Shown here: positions 63,555 through 64,000 of the stretch, piece by piece
Position numbering within the stretch: the first letter of the stretch is position 1
Layout: each line of letters starts with the position of its first letter
Origin: a bacterium HR15
Lineage (GTDB): Bacteria > Armatimonadota > Fimbriimonadia > Fimbriimonadales > GBS-DC
DNA length: 64,000 nt
Reading direction: 5' to 3'
NCBI GenBank assembly: GCA_002898555.1
Contig: BEHR01000002.1
Location: 9,898-73,897 of the forward strand
Position numbers and translations under genes: made by a program
The notes under the pieces: generated by a model
What the model was told of the DNA's origin: nothing
What the model saw: only the letters and a program-made list of their open reading frames with translations
Database searches by the model: none

Positions 63555-63986
63555 CTAATGCCTAAAAATCTGCGCAAAGCCCAGCGCGCCCAGTATCAGC
63601 AGCACGAGAATCACCAGCATGACCAACCAGCCCACAAACCGATGCCATCGGCTGAGACGGCGCCGCTCGAAGGGCACCGATTGATCTTGCTGGCGACGGT
63701 CGCGCCCGAACAGAAACACGAAGTAGTAGTGCCCGAAAAAGAAGGGGATTGTACCGCGCACATCTATCAGATGGCGACGATGATAGTGATAGAGTGCCTC
63801 TTTCAGCTGGCGATATTGGTCAGGCGTGAGCGATGCAATCAGTTCGGGTGGCAAGGCATTTAGCAGGTGCTGAATGTAGAGGTCGCGCGGTTGCTCCAAG
63901 GGGGCATCGCCTGCAAACGCCTCTTGTATCAGGCGTAGGGGCGGACGCTCCTCGAACGCCTCGCGCTGCGGCTCCGGTAGTGCCAT
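63555..63986 (-). CDS. conserved hypothetical membrane protein
   Basis: LP..LIASLTPDQ...LK.AL, H.IDVR.TIP, YYFVFLFGRDRR, C-terminal TM. Confidence 0.7.
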   Translation of the reverse strand: MALPEPQREAFEERPPLRLIQEAFAGDAPLEQPRDLYIQHLLNALPPELIASLTPDQYRQLKEALYHYHRRHLIDVRGTIPFFFGHYYFVFLFGRDRRQQDQSVPFERRRLSRWHRFVGWLVMLVILVLLILGALGFAQIFRH

Positions 63987-64000
63987 CCTATAGACTATTT

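Overview
GC-rich (about 60% by eye) bacterial chromosomal window. Gene content, the C-terminal 'GDVxxxGxVDDxDLLxVLFxFG' tags and the Uma2 paralogs suggest a thermophilic Armatimonadota (Fimbriimonadia-like) genome, which is an inference. Most genes are housekeeping (pgk, nadK, iscS, thiS/thiO, folP, gmk, acs, ribH, speE, rpsF-ssb-rpsR, polX, dnaB, nusB, accC, ligA). There is also a lower-GC EcoRV-like type II R-M cassette, two Uma2 endonuclease paralogs and several gene remnants. I saw no rRNA, tRNA, CRISPR, integrase or transposase. The most unusual signals: (1) a family of about 50-bp palindromic elements (TGAAATTTTTTCTCTG...CAGAGAAAAAATTTCA) with covarying arms, a 4-copy cluster and one copy inserted in frame in a protein; (2) other REP and heptamer repeat families that also invade ORFs in frame or supply stop codons; (3) three unrelated secreted proteins sharing a dockerin-like C-terminal tag; (4) a 138-bp inverted copy of a permease gene's 3' end 17 kb away; (5) recurrent -10 boxes 6-9 nt before start codons, suggesting leaderless mRNAs.
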